Virus record (IMG/VR): IMGVR_UViG_3300010158_000080
Location: 1-57,295 of that record
Length of the DNA: 57,295 nt
Source of the DNA: a virus
Taxonomy: Duplodnaviria > Caudoviricetes
Direction: 5' to 3' (one strand)
Shown here: positions 1 through 9,424 of the stretch, piece after piece
How the letters are laid out: the number at the start of each line of letters is the position of its first letter
Position numbering within the stretch: position 1 is the stretch's first letter
Program-made: the position numbers and the translations under genes
Notes under the pieces: model-generated
Told to the model about the DNA's origin: nothing
Database searches by the model: none
What the model saw: only the letters and a program-made list of their open reading frames with translations

Positions 1-971
1 CGACGAGCGCGCAGCGCCAGAACGTCGGTCTTGGGGTTGAGGTAAAGGGTCACGTATTCTTCAGCGGTTGTGTTGGGGTCGTATTTGACCACACTTGCAA
101 ACGCAGCCTTGGCATCAGAGCGTTCGCGCTCATCGGTGATGCGCAAAAAAGGATCGCCGCCGCGCCGATGTTGGATTGTCGGGCTGCTTGGTGCCAGCGG
201 CGCAACGCGCAGCCGGGGTCGGGGGCGTGGGCGGGGTTCATCCTCAAATTCTTCTTCGCCGCCGGCCAAATTGCTTTGGGTTGGGAAGTATTGCGGGAAT
301 GCCTCAACCACTTCGGCTTTGGCTTGCTCGTACTGGTCTGTCAGTGCTTTGCCAGATACAGAGCCTTCGCGCTGGATAATAGCCAAGTGAGCGTCAATCA
401 TGGCTTGTTTCAAAATCGGCTTTTGATGAAACCATGGGTTCGCCGCCATAAAATCATCAGTTTCTTGATCGACCAATGGCGCGGATAAAGCAGGCTGCTT
501 GGCTGGTACGGTGACGTTAAATTCGGTTGAGGATGTGGCGCGCTCGGCTTCCGCTGCGTCGATCTGCTCCTGAACTTGCTCAAACGCTTCCGTATCGCCA
601 ATTGCCACAGCTTCAGCCCGCTTGGCTTTCAATTCATCCATAGCGCGCTTGTAGCCGCCGGAATCAGCACGGCGCGCAAGGTCCATTGCCGCCTTTACCG
701 CTGCGGCCTGCTCTGAGACAGTATTGCGTAAATCGGCCATGTCACGCTCTTGCCGCGCCAGCTTCTCGCTCATTCGGCGAGATTGGTCGCGCAAGATTGG
801 CAATTCAGCTTCACCGCGATCAATGAACGTCTGAGCATCCGACCAACGCCGGGGATCTCCGCCGTATTCTTCTTGCGGCTTCCAGCCCATAGCGCGGGCG
901 CGGTCCTCGACCGAAACGGGGGAAAGGGCGTCATCTTCACCCTCATCGAAATCTTGTTCAAAGTCGGTCAT
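1..971 (-). CDS. Putative capsid scaffolding protein (3' end runs off the window start)
   Basis: Not in the ORF track because there is no stop in the window. Hand translation from ATG 971 is open to base 1: MTDFEQDFDEG...EDRARAMGWKPQEEYGGDPRRWSDAQTFIDRGE... coiled coil ...FMAANPWF...AFPQYF. The acidic coiled-coil signature and position after portal/GroES fit podovirus scaffolds. Confidence 0.7.
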   Translation of the reverse strand, partial: MTDFEQDFDEGEDDALSPVSVEDRARAMGWKPQEEYGGDPRRWSDAQTFIDRGEAELPILRDQSRRMSEKLARQERDMADLRNTVSEQAAAVKAAMDLARRADSGGYKRAMDELKAKRAEAVAIGDTEAFEQVQEQIDAAEAERATSSTEFNVTVPAKQPALSAPLVDQETDDFMAANPWFHQKPILKQAMIDAHLAIIQREGSVSGKALTDQYEQAKAEVVEAFPQYFPTQSNLAGGEEEFEDEPRPRPRPRLRVAPLAPSSPTIQHRRGGDPFLRITDERERSDAKAAFASVVKYDPNTTAEEYVTLYLNPKTDVLALRAR

Positions 972-973
972 GT

Positions 974-1453
974 TCAAAGCTCCGCAACCACGAGGTCATC
1001 TGCAATCCGGCAGGCGACGCATTTTTCATCCACAACTCGATAGAGCGCGCCATCCTTGCCACGGCATTTGATGCCGGAGTATTTGTCAATGTAGATGCGT
1101 TCACCGACTTTGGGCTTATCGGCCATGTGCTGAAAGGCATCCAGACCAATGGCAAAGACACAGCCTGTCACTGCAGCTTCGTCCATGCGCTCGGTATGTG
1201 CATCAAGGTGAATAATTCCACCGGCTGTTTCGCGGGCGCAAGTATCCATTTTAACAAGGATGTTCGGGCCGAACGGTTCAAGGCCAGATGAATTGCCAAC
1301 CGCCGGGTCATATTCCGCCGTGTCGTATTCGGTCTGGTCCATCCCTTTCCAGCCCATGCCGCGATCTGGCAGCGGGTCAAGCTTGGGCGGTTCTTTCTTG
1401 TAATCGGGCAATTCTGCCTCACTGACAATTTCCTGATTTCTCGGTATCAACAT
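974..1453 (-). CDS. groES: GroES-like co-chaperonin with N-terminal extension
   Basis: LEPFGPNILVK...ETAGGII (mobile loop)...TGCVFAIG...KVGERIYIDKYSG...YRVVDEKCV matches the cpn10 pattern. Start re-assigned to ATG 1453 with a GGAG RBS. Confidence 0.8.
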   Translation of the reverse strand: MLIPRNQEIVSEAELPDYKKEPPKLDPLPDRGMGWKGMDQTEYDTAEYDPAVGNSSGLEPFGPNILVKMDTCARETAGGIIHLDAHTERMDEAAVTGCVFAIGLDAFQHMADKPKVGERIYIDKYSGIKCRGKDGALYRVVDEKCVACRIADDLVVAEL

Positions 1454-1457
1454 AGGT

Positions 1458-1793
1458 TCACTCCTGTTTTTCTTTCGGCATCTCTTGGCCGTAGAAACTT
1501 TGAATTGTCTGTATCTCGATGCCATGCAGGTGGCGCAGCGTGATAATCTGGCCGCGCAGGCAGTCGGGATTTTTGTCTTGATGAACATCGCCCTGATTGA
1601 ACTGGCCTGCCTCCAGAAGATCAGCAGCCGCTTCGCGCAAAAAGGCAACGCTGTCCTCCATGTATTGCAGGAAACCAGCGGTAATCGGGTTATGCCGCCA
1701 TTGGTTGAACTCTTGACTGGTAATCCCCGTCATGGTGTCGCGCTTGCTCTGAGCGACAGCGGCGGGGAGATATGCGGGATCGGTAATAGCCAT
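1458..1793 (-). CDS. Hypothetical protein downstream of portal
   Basis: 111-aa ORF whose start overlaps the portal stop (EFNQWRHNPIT...LRGQI). Confidence 0.7.
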   Translation of the reverse strand: MAITDPAYLPAAVAQSKRDTMTGITSQEFNQWRHNPITAGFLQYMEDSVAFLREAAADLLEAGQFNQGDVHQDKNPDCLRGQIITLRHLHGIEIQTIQSFYGQEMPKEKQE

Positions 1794-4231
1794 TATTCAG
1801 GCGCTCCAATGGGAAATGCAGCGGGGGCTTCTGGTCCGAGCGGCGAAGGTTCCGGCATTTGCGCCGGGGAAGGAGCGCTTGGCGCGACAGGAAAATTACC
1901 AGTTGGGCCGGGGGATGGCAGCCCTTGTGATGTGGGGCTGGATTGCTGGGCCAATCGCTCCTGTTGCGCGAGTTGCCGACCGTGTTGCGCATCTTGTGCG
2001 GCGCGGTCAGCGGTTGCGGCTGTGTGGCGCATTCCGGTGTCATGGTATCGGTGATCGACCGCCGCAGCCTTGACCGTCGAATTGACCGCCTCAATTTGCA
2101 GTCGCAGGAATTGAAGTTGCGCGTCGATAAACGCTTGTTGCTGGCCGTCCGCATTCTTGCGCGAAAGCGCCATGTTGAGAAATGCTTGCGTCTGGTCTTT
2201 CAATTCTCTGGCGCGGGTTGCGCCTAGTTCGGCTTGCGCCGTCTCAAGGGCCAATTGCTGCATGGTCTTGGCCATCTGTGCGGCATTCGGGTCAGGCTTA
2301 AGGAATAAGTCATCAATCCGGTCAATGTTTGCGGACTCGATAAATCGCCGCAGCACCGCCAGCCGGTCGATCCCCGGCTCATCTTTGACCGTCATTAGCA
2401 CTTGAGCGCGGCCAAGCTTCTGCATGTCGGTTGTCATGGTGGGATCAGCCACCGGCTCAACACCGCCGCCATGCACATAATCGGACGGCTTGATAATGCA
2501 GCCCTGATCGCCAATCTTGAACTCAACGTCCTCTTTGACGTATTTCTTGTTCAGCGCGTAAAGCTTATCCAGCTCGGCCTTTTCGGCTCGGAACACCCGC
2601 TTCACAATGGCGGTGTAAAACTTCATGCCCTGCTCAATCAGCGCCAGAACCGTAGTCGGCGGAGCGTTGGCAATACTGGCGTCGCCAGTCAGGATGTTTG
2701 CAAGCCCCGCCAATTTCTCCCCAGCCTGCATCAGCGCGCCAAGGATTTGGAACAGGACCACATTTGGGCCAGCAAAAGGCAGCGGGAACACCGCGTCCCT
2801 AATCGACGCACCCTTGGTCGTTACCCGGTGGAACTTGCCAGTCCCAAGCAGCGTTTGGCCAGATGGCATTCCCAATTGGTCAGATATAAATCCGCCGCCG
2901 GTGTTAGCCAGCGTCCCAGCGTCGAATAGCTGGTTCAGGGTCGTATTAATCCCCTCGTTCAAGGGACGCAGCAATTGACCGAACCCCATTGGGTACGAGC
3001 CGCCGTCAATGGATGGCAGAAACGGATAGAGCGTGTAAATGTCGTCAGCATCAATCTTGTAGATCATGTCGCCTTTGGGCGAAGCCTTGATACTTTCCTC
3101 GCAATAGCGCGCAACAATCCGCACCACTTTGCCAGAACGCAGGTGAACCGTGACGATATAAGGCTCTGGGTAACCGTCGCCGTCGAGGTCAAGCCGACGG
3201 TGCTGCTCAATATACAGGTGCGGCGCGTCGTTATCCGAATTGTCGCCACTATAAATCGGTTGCCCATTGAACGTTTCGCCAGCGCCACCGCCCGATGGGC
3301 CGTAATTGAGCGGCAAGAACATGCCGCCAATGTCTTCATCTCCTTCATCGCAAGTCCGCTCAAGGTCGATAATCTGGTTTGGGTAGAGCAAAATCTTTTC
3401 AGTATGGCGCGGCGCGGCTTCAAAGCTGGGCGCGTGATAGTTCCACACCAGATTGAGCAGGCTGACAAACAGCGACTTGCTTCTGCTCTCCACATGGTCG
3501 CGAAATGTTTTGCGCACCGCACCGCCAATCACCGGCATTTGGTGCAGCATCTGGTCCGTCTGTGGCTCCCATTCCGGCATTTCATCCAAAAGTTGCCACG
3601 ACATATGTTCCCCGATGCGGTCGGCGCGCTGGCGCTTTTCACCGGGCTTTACCAGCCACAAAGGCTGCGGTTGACCGTCTGGTCCTTGGACTATCTTTGG
3701 CTGGCCATCCGGCTTCCCATCGACCGTTACTGGCGTTCCATCATCATCACCCCAGACAACGCCCTTAACCACGTTGCGGCCCTGAACAATCGCGGGATAG
3801 GTGCGCGCAGCAAAGTCGGTCGCAGCCTGCGTAATCAGCGGGTAGATGAAATTGGAAGCCCCCGGCCAAGGGAATTGTTTTGGCTCGGTGTCTTGCGTGG
3901 CAAATTTCATGGCCTTTTCGGCCTTTGTCACCCAGTCATTGCGGCTTGTCTCGTCAATCCGGTACTCATCAACCACCAACATACCGATGCGGTCAAGCTC
4001 ATCATCCGGCATATACCGAGCAAGGTTGATGTCGTCGATCTGGTCAATCAGGTTTTGAAACAGGCTTCCGGCGGCGGGCTTATCCGCTACCTTGCGCTCT
4101 TCAACTTCCTCATCATGCTCATCCCCGTCAAGAGGATTGCCGATTTCATCAAACTCATTGCCGTCGAGGACACTCCCTTGAGCCTTTGATGTGGCACTCA
4201 ACGGGCTGATGGTGGACTCGATCAACGACAT
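1793..4231 (-). CDS. Portal protein
   Basis: About 812 aa following TerL; KQFPWPGASN, FYTAIVKRVFRAEKAELDKL, VEPVADP motifs and a Q/P-rich C-terminus typical of podovirus portals. Start at ATG 4231 with a GGAG RBS. Confidence 0.85.
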   Translation of the reverse strand: MSLIESTISPLSATSKAQGSVLDGNEFDEIGNPLDGDEHDEEVEERKVADKPAAGSLFQNLIDQIDDINLARYMPDDELDRIGMLVVDEYRIDETSRNDWVTKAEKAMKFATQDTEPKQFPWPGASNFIYPLITQAATDFAARTYPAIVQGRNVVKGVVWGDDDGTPVTVDGKPDGQPKIVQGPDGQPQPLWLVKPGEKRQRADRIGEHMSWQLLDEMPEWEPQTDQMLHQMPVIGGAVRKTFRDHVESRSKSLFVSLLNLVWNYHAPSFEAAPRHTEKILLYPNQIIDLERTCDEGDEDIGGMFLPLNYGPSGGGAGETFNGQPIYSGDNSDNDAPHLYIEQHRRLDLDGDGYPEPYIVTVHLRSGKVVRIVARYCEESIKASPKGDMIYKIDADDIYTLYPFLPSIDGGSYPMGFGQLLRPLNEGINTTLNQLFDAGTLANTGGGFISDQLGMPSGQTLLGTGKFHRVTTKGASIRDAVFPLPFAGPNVVLFQILGALMQAGEKLAGLANILTGDASIANAPPTTVLALIEQGMKFYTAIVKRVFRAEKAELDKLYALNKKYVKEDVEFKIGDQGCIIKPSDYVHGGGVEPVADPTMTTDMQKLGRAQVLMTVKDEPGIDRLAVLRRFIESANIDRIDDLFLKPDPNAAQMAKTMQQLALETAQAELGATRARELKDQTQAFLNMALSRKNADGQQQAFIDAQLQFLRLQIEAVNSTVKAAAVDHRYHDTGMRHTAATADRAAQDAQHGRQLAQQERLAQQSSPTSQGLPSPGPTGNFPVAPSAPSPAQMPEPSPLGPEAPAAFPIGAPE

Positions 4232-4261
4232 GCGGTTGCTCCAGAATGATAGGGGCAAGCA

Positions 4262-4480
4262 TCACAGCTTTACCCCCTTATACTTTCCGGCAACATGGCG
4301 GTTAAATTGATTTCCGAACGATGCAGCACCCATCAGCGTTTCCCCAATGTTGTGCGGCACCCCTCCATAGCGGAAAGTTTGCCCATTGTGAAATGTCACG
4401 TAGAGCGCTTTTTCCGCAGGTCTGTAATCAGCATGGGAGGCCATCGTTGATTTGATCTTAGGCAGGACGATCTTAGCCAT
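4262..4480 (-). CDS. KTSC domain protein
   Basis: IKSTM...Y...LYVTFHNGQTFRYGGVP...LMGAASFGNQFNRHVAGKY matches the KTSC consensus. Confidence 0.85.
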   Translation of the reverse strand: MAKIVLPKIKSTMASHADYRPAEKALYVTFHNGQTFRYGGVPHNIGETLMGAASFGNQFNRHVAGKYKGVKL

Positions 4481-4703
4481 CAGTCCCCTCCGTCAGTTGG
4501 TGAATGGCGCGGGTCAAATGCCAGAGCGCTTCGCGGCTTCCATGCGATGATCGCACTTGCAATTCACCGTCTGGCGTCCATCCGACAATGACAACTTCCC
4601 CAAACTCACCTTTGGCCATGTCAAGGATTTTGTCAGGGTCGAGCGCAATGCCGTCGCTGATCTGTCCGCTGCCGCCAATTGGAATGATTTCAGCCATGCT
4701 CAA
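4473..4703 (-). CDS. Hypothetical protein
   Basis: Translationally coupled between TerL and the KTSC gene. Confidence 0.7.
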   Translation of the reverse strand: MSMAEIIPIGGSGQISDGIALDPDKILDMAKGEFGEVVIVGWTPDGELQVRSSHGSREALWHLTRAIHQLTEGTDG

Positions 4704-6133
4704 TATCCTGTATAAGCGTTGCGGTTGCCGTCGCTGCCATAGTCGTCGTTATCACCCTCTGGCCAATCGTCATATCCGCCGGTCGATGAGGTAAGCGCAG
4801 GCGCGAAATACTGAACCATGCCATATTCCAGCGCTTCAAAGATATGCGATAGGCTGTTCTTCTCGGCCTTGTCTGCATATTTCTCGCCGCTCGTTTTCAA
4901 CCGGCGGTAGTGATACCCACCCATTAACGCCTTGCGCAGGTTCTTGCAGCGCGGGTTCAGAATGAATTGCGGCTCACCTGCCACCAATGTCCGCAGTGGT
5001 TTGCGCACAGACTCATGCCGAAGCTGCGGGTTTTGCTCCGAGCCTCGAATATCAATACCCTTGGCCTGCATGATTTCAAAGCAGGTCCGTTTGTCAGTCT
5101 GGGCGCGCTGTTCGCCAGCCGGGTCGCCCCAGTCCTCAAACTGGACATTGCCTTTGAAGGCGCGGGCGCAATGCTCAAGCACATCGTCGCTAAACTCGTC
5201 AATGCTCATGTTGTCGCTGACCATCTCGTCAAACACCAGCCACCGACCATCTGGCAAAAGCTGGCTGAATGCGCAGGCGGGCGTTAAGCCAAAGTCCCAG
5301 CTCCGAATGATCGCAACACCCGGCACCGGTTCGACTGCCTTGCAATGGATGGTGTCGCTATATTCAGGCGTAACCGGCTTGCCGTCGATGACAAAGCCAT
5401 ACTCACCATCGACATAGACCTTGATCCATTCCGCAGCCTTACCCTGCGCGAGGTTAGTGTAATAGCGTTGGCCACCGGGCAGGTTTGGCAGGTTCTCCGC
5501 ATTTGCTGCGCGGCCAGACGGCTGCTTGAATATGCGGGCGAACCCCGGTTCAAACTTGGTTTCCTCAAAAAACTTATACCATTTGCTATCATTATCCGGC
5601 GGGTTGGTGTCCATCCAAATGCCAAACCAAGTCGCGCCGCCATCGCGCATTGCTGGGTAACGTCCTACGCGCCCTTGCAGCGCCTCGATTACTGACCAAG
5701 GCACCTCGCGGGCTTCATTCACCCATGCGCCGGTCAGTTCCAACGACAAAAGCTTCTTGATGTCGTCTGGCCGGTCGAGCGCAAGGAATATCAGTTCGAT
5801 CACAGCACCGGGCAGCGCAGTTATCGTGTACGTGTGCTTATGCTCGATGTACCGCCCAAAATAATGCTCTGGCAGCCATTGCATCACCGTCTTGATCGTC
5901 GTGTCGCGCAATTCGCCATAGGTGTTACGGATCACGGCAAACCGGCTACGCTTGACGCCATCGGGGCCGGGGTTCTGTTTCATGCCCCTTGCAACCAGTT
6001 CTGCTACGCAAGCAGATGATTTCCCGGAGCCAAAGGGGCCGGAAACGCCACGCACAAAGCTATCATCGTTGGCAAAGTCCTCAAGCGTCGGAACCCCGTT
6101 ATAGCTGTATTTGATATAAACGGGGTCCGCCAT
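4700..6133 (-). CDS. terL: Terminase large subunit
   Basis: Walker A SGPFGSGKS, Walker B GAWVNEARE, coupling motif DTNPP, nuclease motif SWDFGLTPA; lies upstream of portal. Confidence 0.92.
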   Translation of the reverse strand: MADPVYIKYSYNGVPTLEDFANDDSFVRGVSGPFGSGKSSACVAELVARGMKQNPGPDGVKRSRFAVIRNTYGELRDTTIKTVMQWLPEHYFGRYIEHKHTYTITALPGAVIELIFLALDRPDDIKKLLSLELTGAWVNEAREVPWSVIEALQGRVGRYPAMRDGGATWFGIWMDTNPPDNDSKWYKFFEETKFEPGFARIFKQPSGRAANAENLPNLPGGQRYYTNLAQGKAAEWIKVYVDGEYGFVIDGKPVTPEYSDTIHCKAVEPVPGVAIIRSWDFGLTPACAFSQLLPDGRWLVFDEMVSDNMSIDEFSDDVLEHCARAFKGNVQFEDWGDPAGEQRAQTDKRTCFEIMQAKGIDIRGSEQNPQLRHESVRKPLRTLVAGEPQFILNPRCKNLRKALMGGYHYRRLKTSGEKYADKAEKNSLSHIFEALEYGMVQYFAPALTSSTGGYDDWPEGDNDDYGSDGNRNAYTGY

Positions 6134-6136
6134 CGG

Positions 6137-6571
6137 TCAGGATTTGCTGTAAAGCGCAGCCTCGGCGGCGCGGCGCTTGACCAGACCGCTCATCACCTTA
6201 CCATCTGCAAAAGTCCATTTGCCAAACTCTTTCGCGGCTTCGACATAATCGGCGGCATTGTGTTTGGCCAGAAGTGTCGAGCCACGCAGCTTTCCCAACC
6301 CCTCATTAAAGGCGAACGACACCAGCGCGCTGAACTGGTTGTCGTTGGAGAAGGGCGTGAGGTGCGTCACCCCGTCCTCAAACCGAGCAAGATCAGCGGC
6401 AAGTAGCGCGTCGGCTCGATCTATTGTGATGACCTGCCCCAGTTTCACCTCTGGTCCGGTATGACCATACCCAATCGTCGGCACCTTGGCGGGACAAAGG
6501 TATGCCTGCAATTTGCAGCCCTCGTTCTCCTTGATAATTGCCAGCCCCACAGCATTGATCTGGCGTGTCAT
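6137..6571 (-). CDS. Endolysin, GH24 phage lysozyme
   Basis: IIKENEGCKLQAYLCPAKVPTIGYGHT, NQFSALVSFAFNEG, GLVKRRAAEAALY. Confidence 0.92.
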   Translation of the reverse strand: MTRQINAVGLAIIKENEGCKLQAYLCPAKVPTIGYGHTGPEVKLGQVITIDRADALLAADLARFEDGVTHLTPFSNDNQFSALVSFAFNEGLGKLRGSTLLAKHNAADYVEAAKEFGKWTFADGKVMSGLVKRRAAEAALYSKS

Positions 6572-6840
6572 TGCGTCATCTCCTCCGGTTGCTCGATGAA
6601 ACGGTGCAGTGCGCAGCCTTGGCGCGACCGTGGCAGGCGTGGCGACATCAGTTCAACCTCAAAGGCCGGCCCTTGCGCCGTCTGTTGCGCGCGGACAATA
6701 CAGGGCGTCGGCGGGACGCCATTGCACATGATCAGCGATAGGTCAGGCGTGGCCGAATGGAAATGGCAGTTGCCGCAGGTCGCGCGTGGCCTGGGGATAA
6801 TTAGGCCGGACAATGTGGGTAGGGGTTTGATAGGCTTCAT
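6568..6840 (-). CDS. Small Cys/His-rich (putative Zn-binding) protein
   Basis: CGNCHFH...C...PP...GCALH; coupled to neighbouring genes. Confidence 0.65.
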   Translation of the reverse strand: MKPIKPLPTLSGLIIPRPRATCGNCHFHSATPDLSLIMCNGVPPTPCIVRAQQTAQGPAFEVELMSPRLPRSRQGCALHRFIEQPEEMTQ

Positions 6841-7343
6841 TTGCCGCCTCCCTGTGCTGCGATGATCTTATCGACCACGCGCTTCTCGGTGCGGCGAATT
6901 GCGCCAATTGCCTTGCCAGTGCTTTTGGCAATAGAGGCGAGGCTTTCACCAGCGCGGCGGCGGTCAAGTATGCGGGCCTCCCACTCGCTGCATCCAACCA
7001 GTTTGGCGTGAGCTGCTACCGTGTCGATAGCGCCGATCTGGCGCAAGCGGTCCATCTGCTTGGATTGGCCGGTGTTCGATGGGCGGTAGGTAGGCTTAGT
7101 GCTGCCGTCATAGATGCCGCGCCACGACGATTTATCCAGCCCAATCGTTTCATACTCGACCTGCTTGAGCCTGCTGTGGTCAATGCTGGCAATTGCTGCT
7201 CGATACCGGCGCTTGGCGTAATGATCTTCCGCGAAAACTCGACACACCAACCAAAGCGCCCAGATAGCAAGACTCATCAAGGAAACTGCTACCGCCCAAG
7301 GCAGGATGCTCAAAGTAATAGCCCAAATTTCATTTGCCGTCAT
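6837..7343 (-). CDS. Membrane-anchored protein with C-terminal sigma-region-4/LuxR-like HTH
   Basis: Hydrophobic N-terminus (residues ~6-35); C-terminal SEWEARILDRRRAGESLASIAKSTGKAIGAIRRTEKRVVDKI. Confidence 0.6.
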   Translation of the reverse strand: MTANEIWAITLSILPWAVAVSLMSLAIWALWLVCRVFAEDHYAKRRYRAAIASIDHSRLKQVEYETIGLDKSSWRGIYDGSTKPTYRPSNTGQSKQMDRLRQIGAIDTVAAHAKLVGCSEWEARILDRRRAGESLASIAKSTGKAIGAIRRTEKRVVDKIIAAQGGGK

Positions 7344-7705
7344 GTCTCTTTCCTCGTTGTCGGGTGGTCAGTCCCGTAGTGCCTCTTGACCCAGCCATGC
7401 ACCACTTCTGGCAGCACCATGGCAATCACACGGATGAGGCCCCGCTCATCCCTCGCTCTATTGAGCAATGCCTTATACCGGATCGCCGATGCGTTCAACG
7501 GTAGGTTACTTAATGCCTGTCGAGATGTGGCAGGCAGCCGGTCAAACTCCCGCATTTCGTCGTACATCGCATCCGGCACCCTGAATAGACCAACAATCTC
7601 CGCATGGCTCACCTTGCGCCGGTCGCGCTCGATCTGCTCATAGTTTGCCACATGCCTGCCACGCAGCGCCGCAATTCGGGCGATGTCGTCGGCAAGGTCG
7701 GTCAT
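7340..7705 (-). CDS. Hypothetical protein
   Basis: Start ATG 7705 overlaps the upstream stop; MREFDRLPATSRQAL segment. Confidence 0.65.
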   Translation of the reverse strand: MTDLADDIARIAALRGRHVANYEQIERDRRKVSHAEIVGLFRVPDAMYDEMREFDRLPATSRQALSNLPLNASAIRYKALLNRARDERGLIRVIAMVLPEVVHGWVKRHYGTDHPTTRKET

Positions 7706-7935
7706 CAGTTCACACCCCTCTTGCCTTGCTCGTATTCCTCGCGCCGATCCGCCGAGGCGTGAACCCAATAAAACCCGTCCTCACTGGATGGACCGCACCA
7801 GCAATCTTCGCTGTTCTCATGCGCCTTAGTGTCGTTGACCGGCGAGACATGGGTTTCAATCAGTTCGTCCTCCCAATAAACATCAATGACAGCCCAGCCG
7901 GTGTGATGTTGCGCGAGGTCTATATGGTCGTTCAT
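7705..7935 (-). CDS. Hypothetical phage protein (His/Cys metal-binding motif)
   Basis: HVSPVND..AH...CWCGP...VHASADRRE; start 7935 is coupled to the HNH stop. Confidence 0.65.
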   Translation of the reverse strand: MNDHIDLAQHHTGWAVIDVYWEDELIETHVSPVNDTKAHENSEDCWCGPSSEDGFYWVHASADRREEYEQGKRGVN

Positions 7936-8288
7936 CTCACTCCCGCCTCTTCCAGTTCGCGGATAAAGTCCTTGGCATCCATATCTGCCTTTAGCGAATT
8001 GCACACATGGCAGGCCAGAACCCAGTTTGAGAAGTGATCTGGCCCACCTTTGCAAGTCGGCACCACATGATCGACCGTCGCATACCGGTAACCGTTGGCC
8101 AAGTGATCATTGCCCTTACCCGGCAAGATGGTCGGCCCCTTGCAATAATGGCAGGTCCGCTTGCGCCTCCACTCACGCCGGATCCACACCTTGCGCTTGG
8201 TCGATTTGTCATAGGAGTAATCTGCCACCTGCTCTGGCGTGAACTCAACGAGCGCCGCCGGGTCAAGAGTAAACGTCTTGGCCATCAA
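7932..8288 (-). CDS. HNH endonuclease
   Basis: CHYCK...ATVDHVVPTCKGGPDHFSNWVLACHVCNSLK. Confidence 0.9.
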   Translation of the reverse strand: MMAKTFTLDPAALVEFTPEQVADYSYDKSTKRKVWIRREWRRKRTCHYCKGPTILPGKGNDHLANGYRYATVDHVVPTCKGGPDHFSNWVLACHVCNSLKADMDAKDFIRELEEAGVR

Positions 8289-8593
8289 TCTGCTTCCTTG
8301 GGGTCAAAGACTGAATGCTGAACCGGCGGTGCGTCAATGAAACTGATTCGCCGGCGCAACAGGATCAGCCCACCACGCATCACCAGCCGCATCCTTGCGT
8401 CAAAGCCAATGTTGTTTGGCCAGAACATCGTAAAGCCGCGAAGGTCGCTCTTGCGCTCCACTGTCAAACCAATTGAGCCTGCCGATCTGCGCAGATACCA
8501 GCGCCAGCCATCATTGCCCGGTTCTGGCTGGTGGCGGTGCCGCTCCACCTTGGCGGTCAGGGCTGGGGCAAATGGCCCGCGATCCTCGCTCAT
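8285..8593 (-). CDS. Hypothetical protein
   Basis: ATGA-coupled to both neighbours. Confidence 0.55.
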   Translation of the reverse strand: MSEDRGPFAPALTAKVERHRHQPEPGNDGWRWYLRRSAGSIGLTVERKSDLRGFTMFWPNNIGFDARMRLVMRGGLILLRRRISFIDAPPVQHSVFDPKEAD

Positions 8594-8799
8594 GCAGGCT
8601 TCCTAAAATAGCGGTTGGGAAACTCCCCCTTGTCGATCATCTCGGCAATCATACCAATAGCGCGGGGGATGCTTGATGCACCAGTCCTCCAGCGCGTCAC
8701 TGTTCGAGGCGTGAACCCGACCAACTCGGCCAGAATGTCGCGGTCGAGCGCGTTGCGGTCCATGATCTTGACCAATTCTGACGCTCTTATGCTGACCAC
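8590..8799 (-). CDS. XRE/Cro-type HTH protein
   Basis: LDRDILAELVGFTPRTVTRWRTGASSIP. Confidence 0.75.
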   Translation of the reverse strand: MVSIRASELVKIMDRNALDRDILAELVGFTPRTVTRWRTGASSIPRAIGMIAEMIDKGEFPNRYFRKPA

Positions 8800-8941
8800 G
8801 CGATACCTGCCTTCTTGTCATTGTCCACCCGAACTGCGCTTTTCTGCCATTTTCAGGCCATTATCACAAGCCCAAACGGCCTCTCTCGTTGCCTTCGTTC
8901 CTGATAATCGGGGGATAGGACCACGAAGGACGCCAAACCCG

Positions 8942-9424
8942 CTATTGAATATGCGCCCAGACCTTCACGCTGGGGGCAAAGTGGATCATGGGCAGTCTGC
9001 CACGACTATCCGCCACAATGGGCTGGGGATAGGCAGTGTCGAGCTTGGCGCTGTGAAATGGCTGCGCGACCTCCATGCTACCTTGAACCCGAAAGATCAC
9101 ACGGTCGAACGGCTCCAGCGACTTGGCCTCACCCTCGACCACGCCAATCAAATCACTCAAACTGTATGATTGCTCGGTAGGCTTGGCTAATGCTGGCGAG
9201 GGCTTGCTCTTGGGCGTTGATCTTGGCCGCTCTGGCTTTTCCGGCTCAACAGCCTTCACGGTGGCTGGTTCCCGCTCCAGCAAAAACAGCACTTCCGCGA
9301 ATGCCTTGGCCTTGCCTCGGTAATATCGCCCGTCTCCGCTGCGTTCCTCGGCATCAACAGCCTGCGCCTCCATGCCAACCCGCAGCTTCTCCACATTCTC
9401 GCGGAGCCAAGGTGTCGCAGTCAT
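8942..9424 (-). CDS. Hypothetical protein whose C-terminal domain resembles the tailspike N-terminal anchor
   Basis: Coupled to the terS stop; C-terminal FRVQGS...PIVADSRGRLPMIHF aligns without gaps to the tailspike N-terminus (see findings). Confidence 0.65.
   Translation of the reverse strand: MTATPWLRENVEKLRVGMEAQAVDAEERSGDGRYYRGKAKAFAEVLFLLEREPATVKAVEPEKPERPRSTPKSKPSPALAKPTEQSYSLSDLIGVVEGEAKSLEPFDRVIFRVQGSMEVAQPFHSAKLDTAYPQPIVADSRGRLPMIHFAPSVKVWAHIQ

Noticed and set aside
1485-4189. Long plus-strand ORFs opposite portal (e.g. 2975-4189, 404 aa)
   Set aside because: Antisense shadows of a GC-rich gene; no motifs and abnormal composition.
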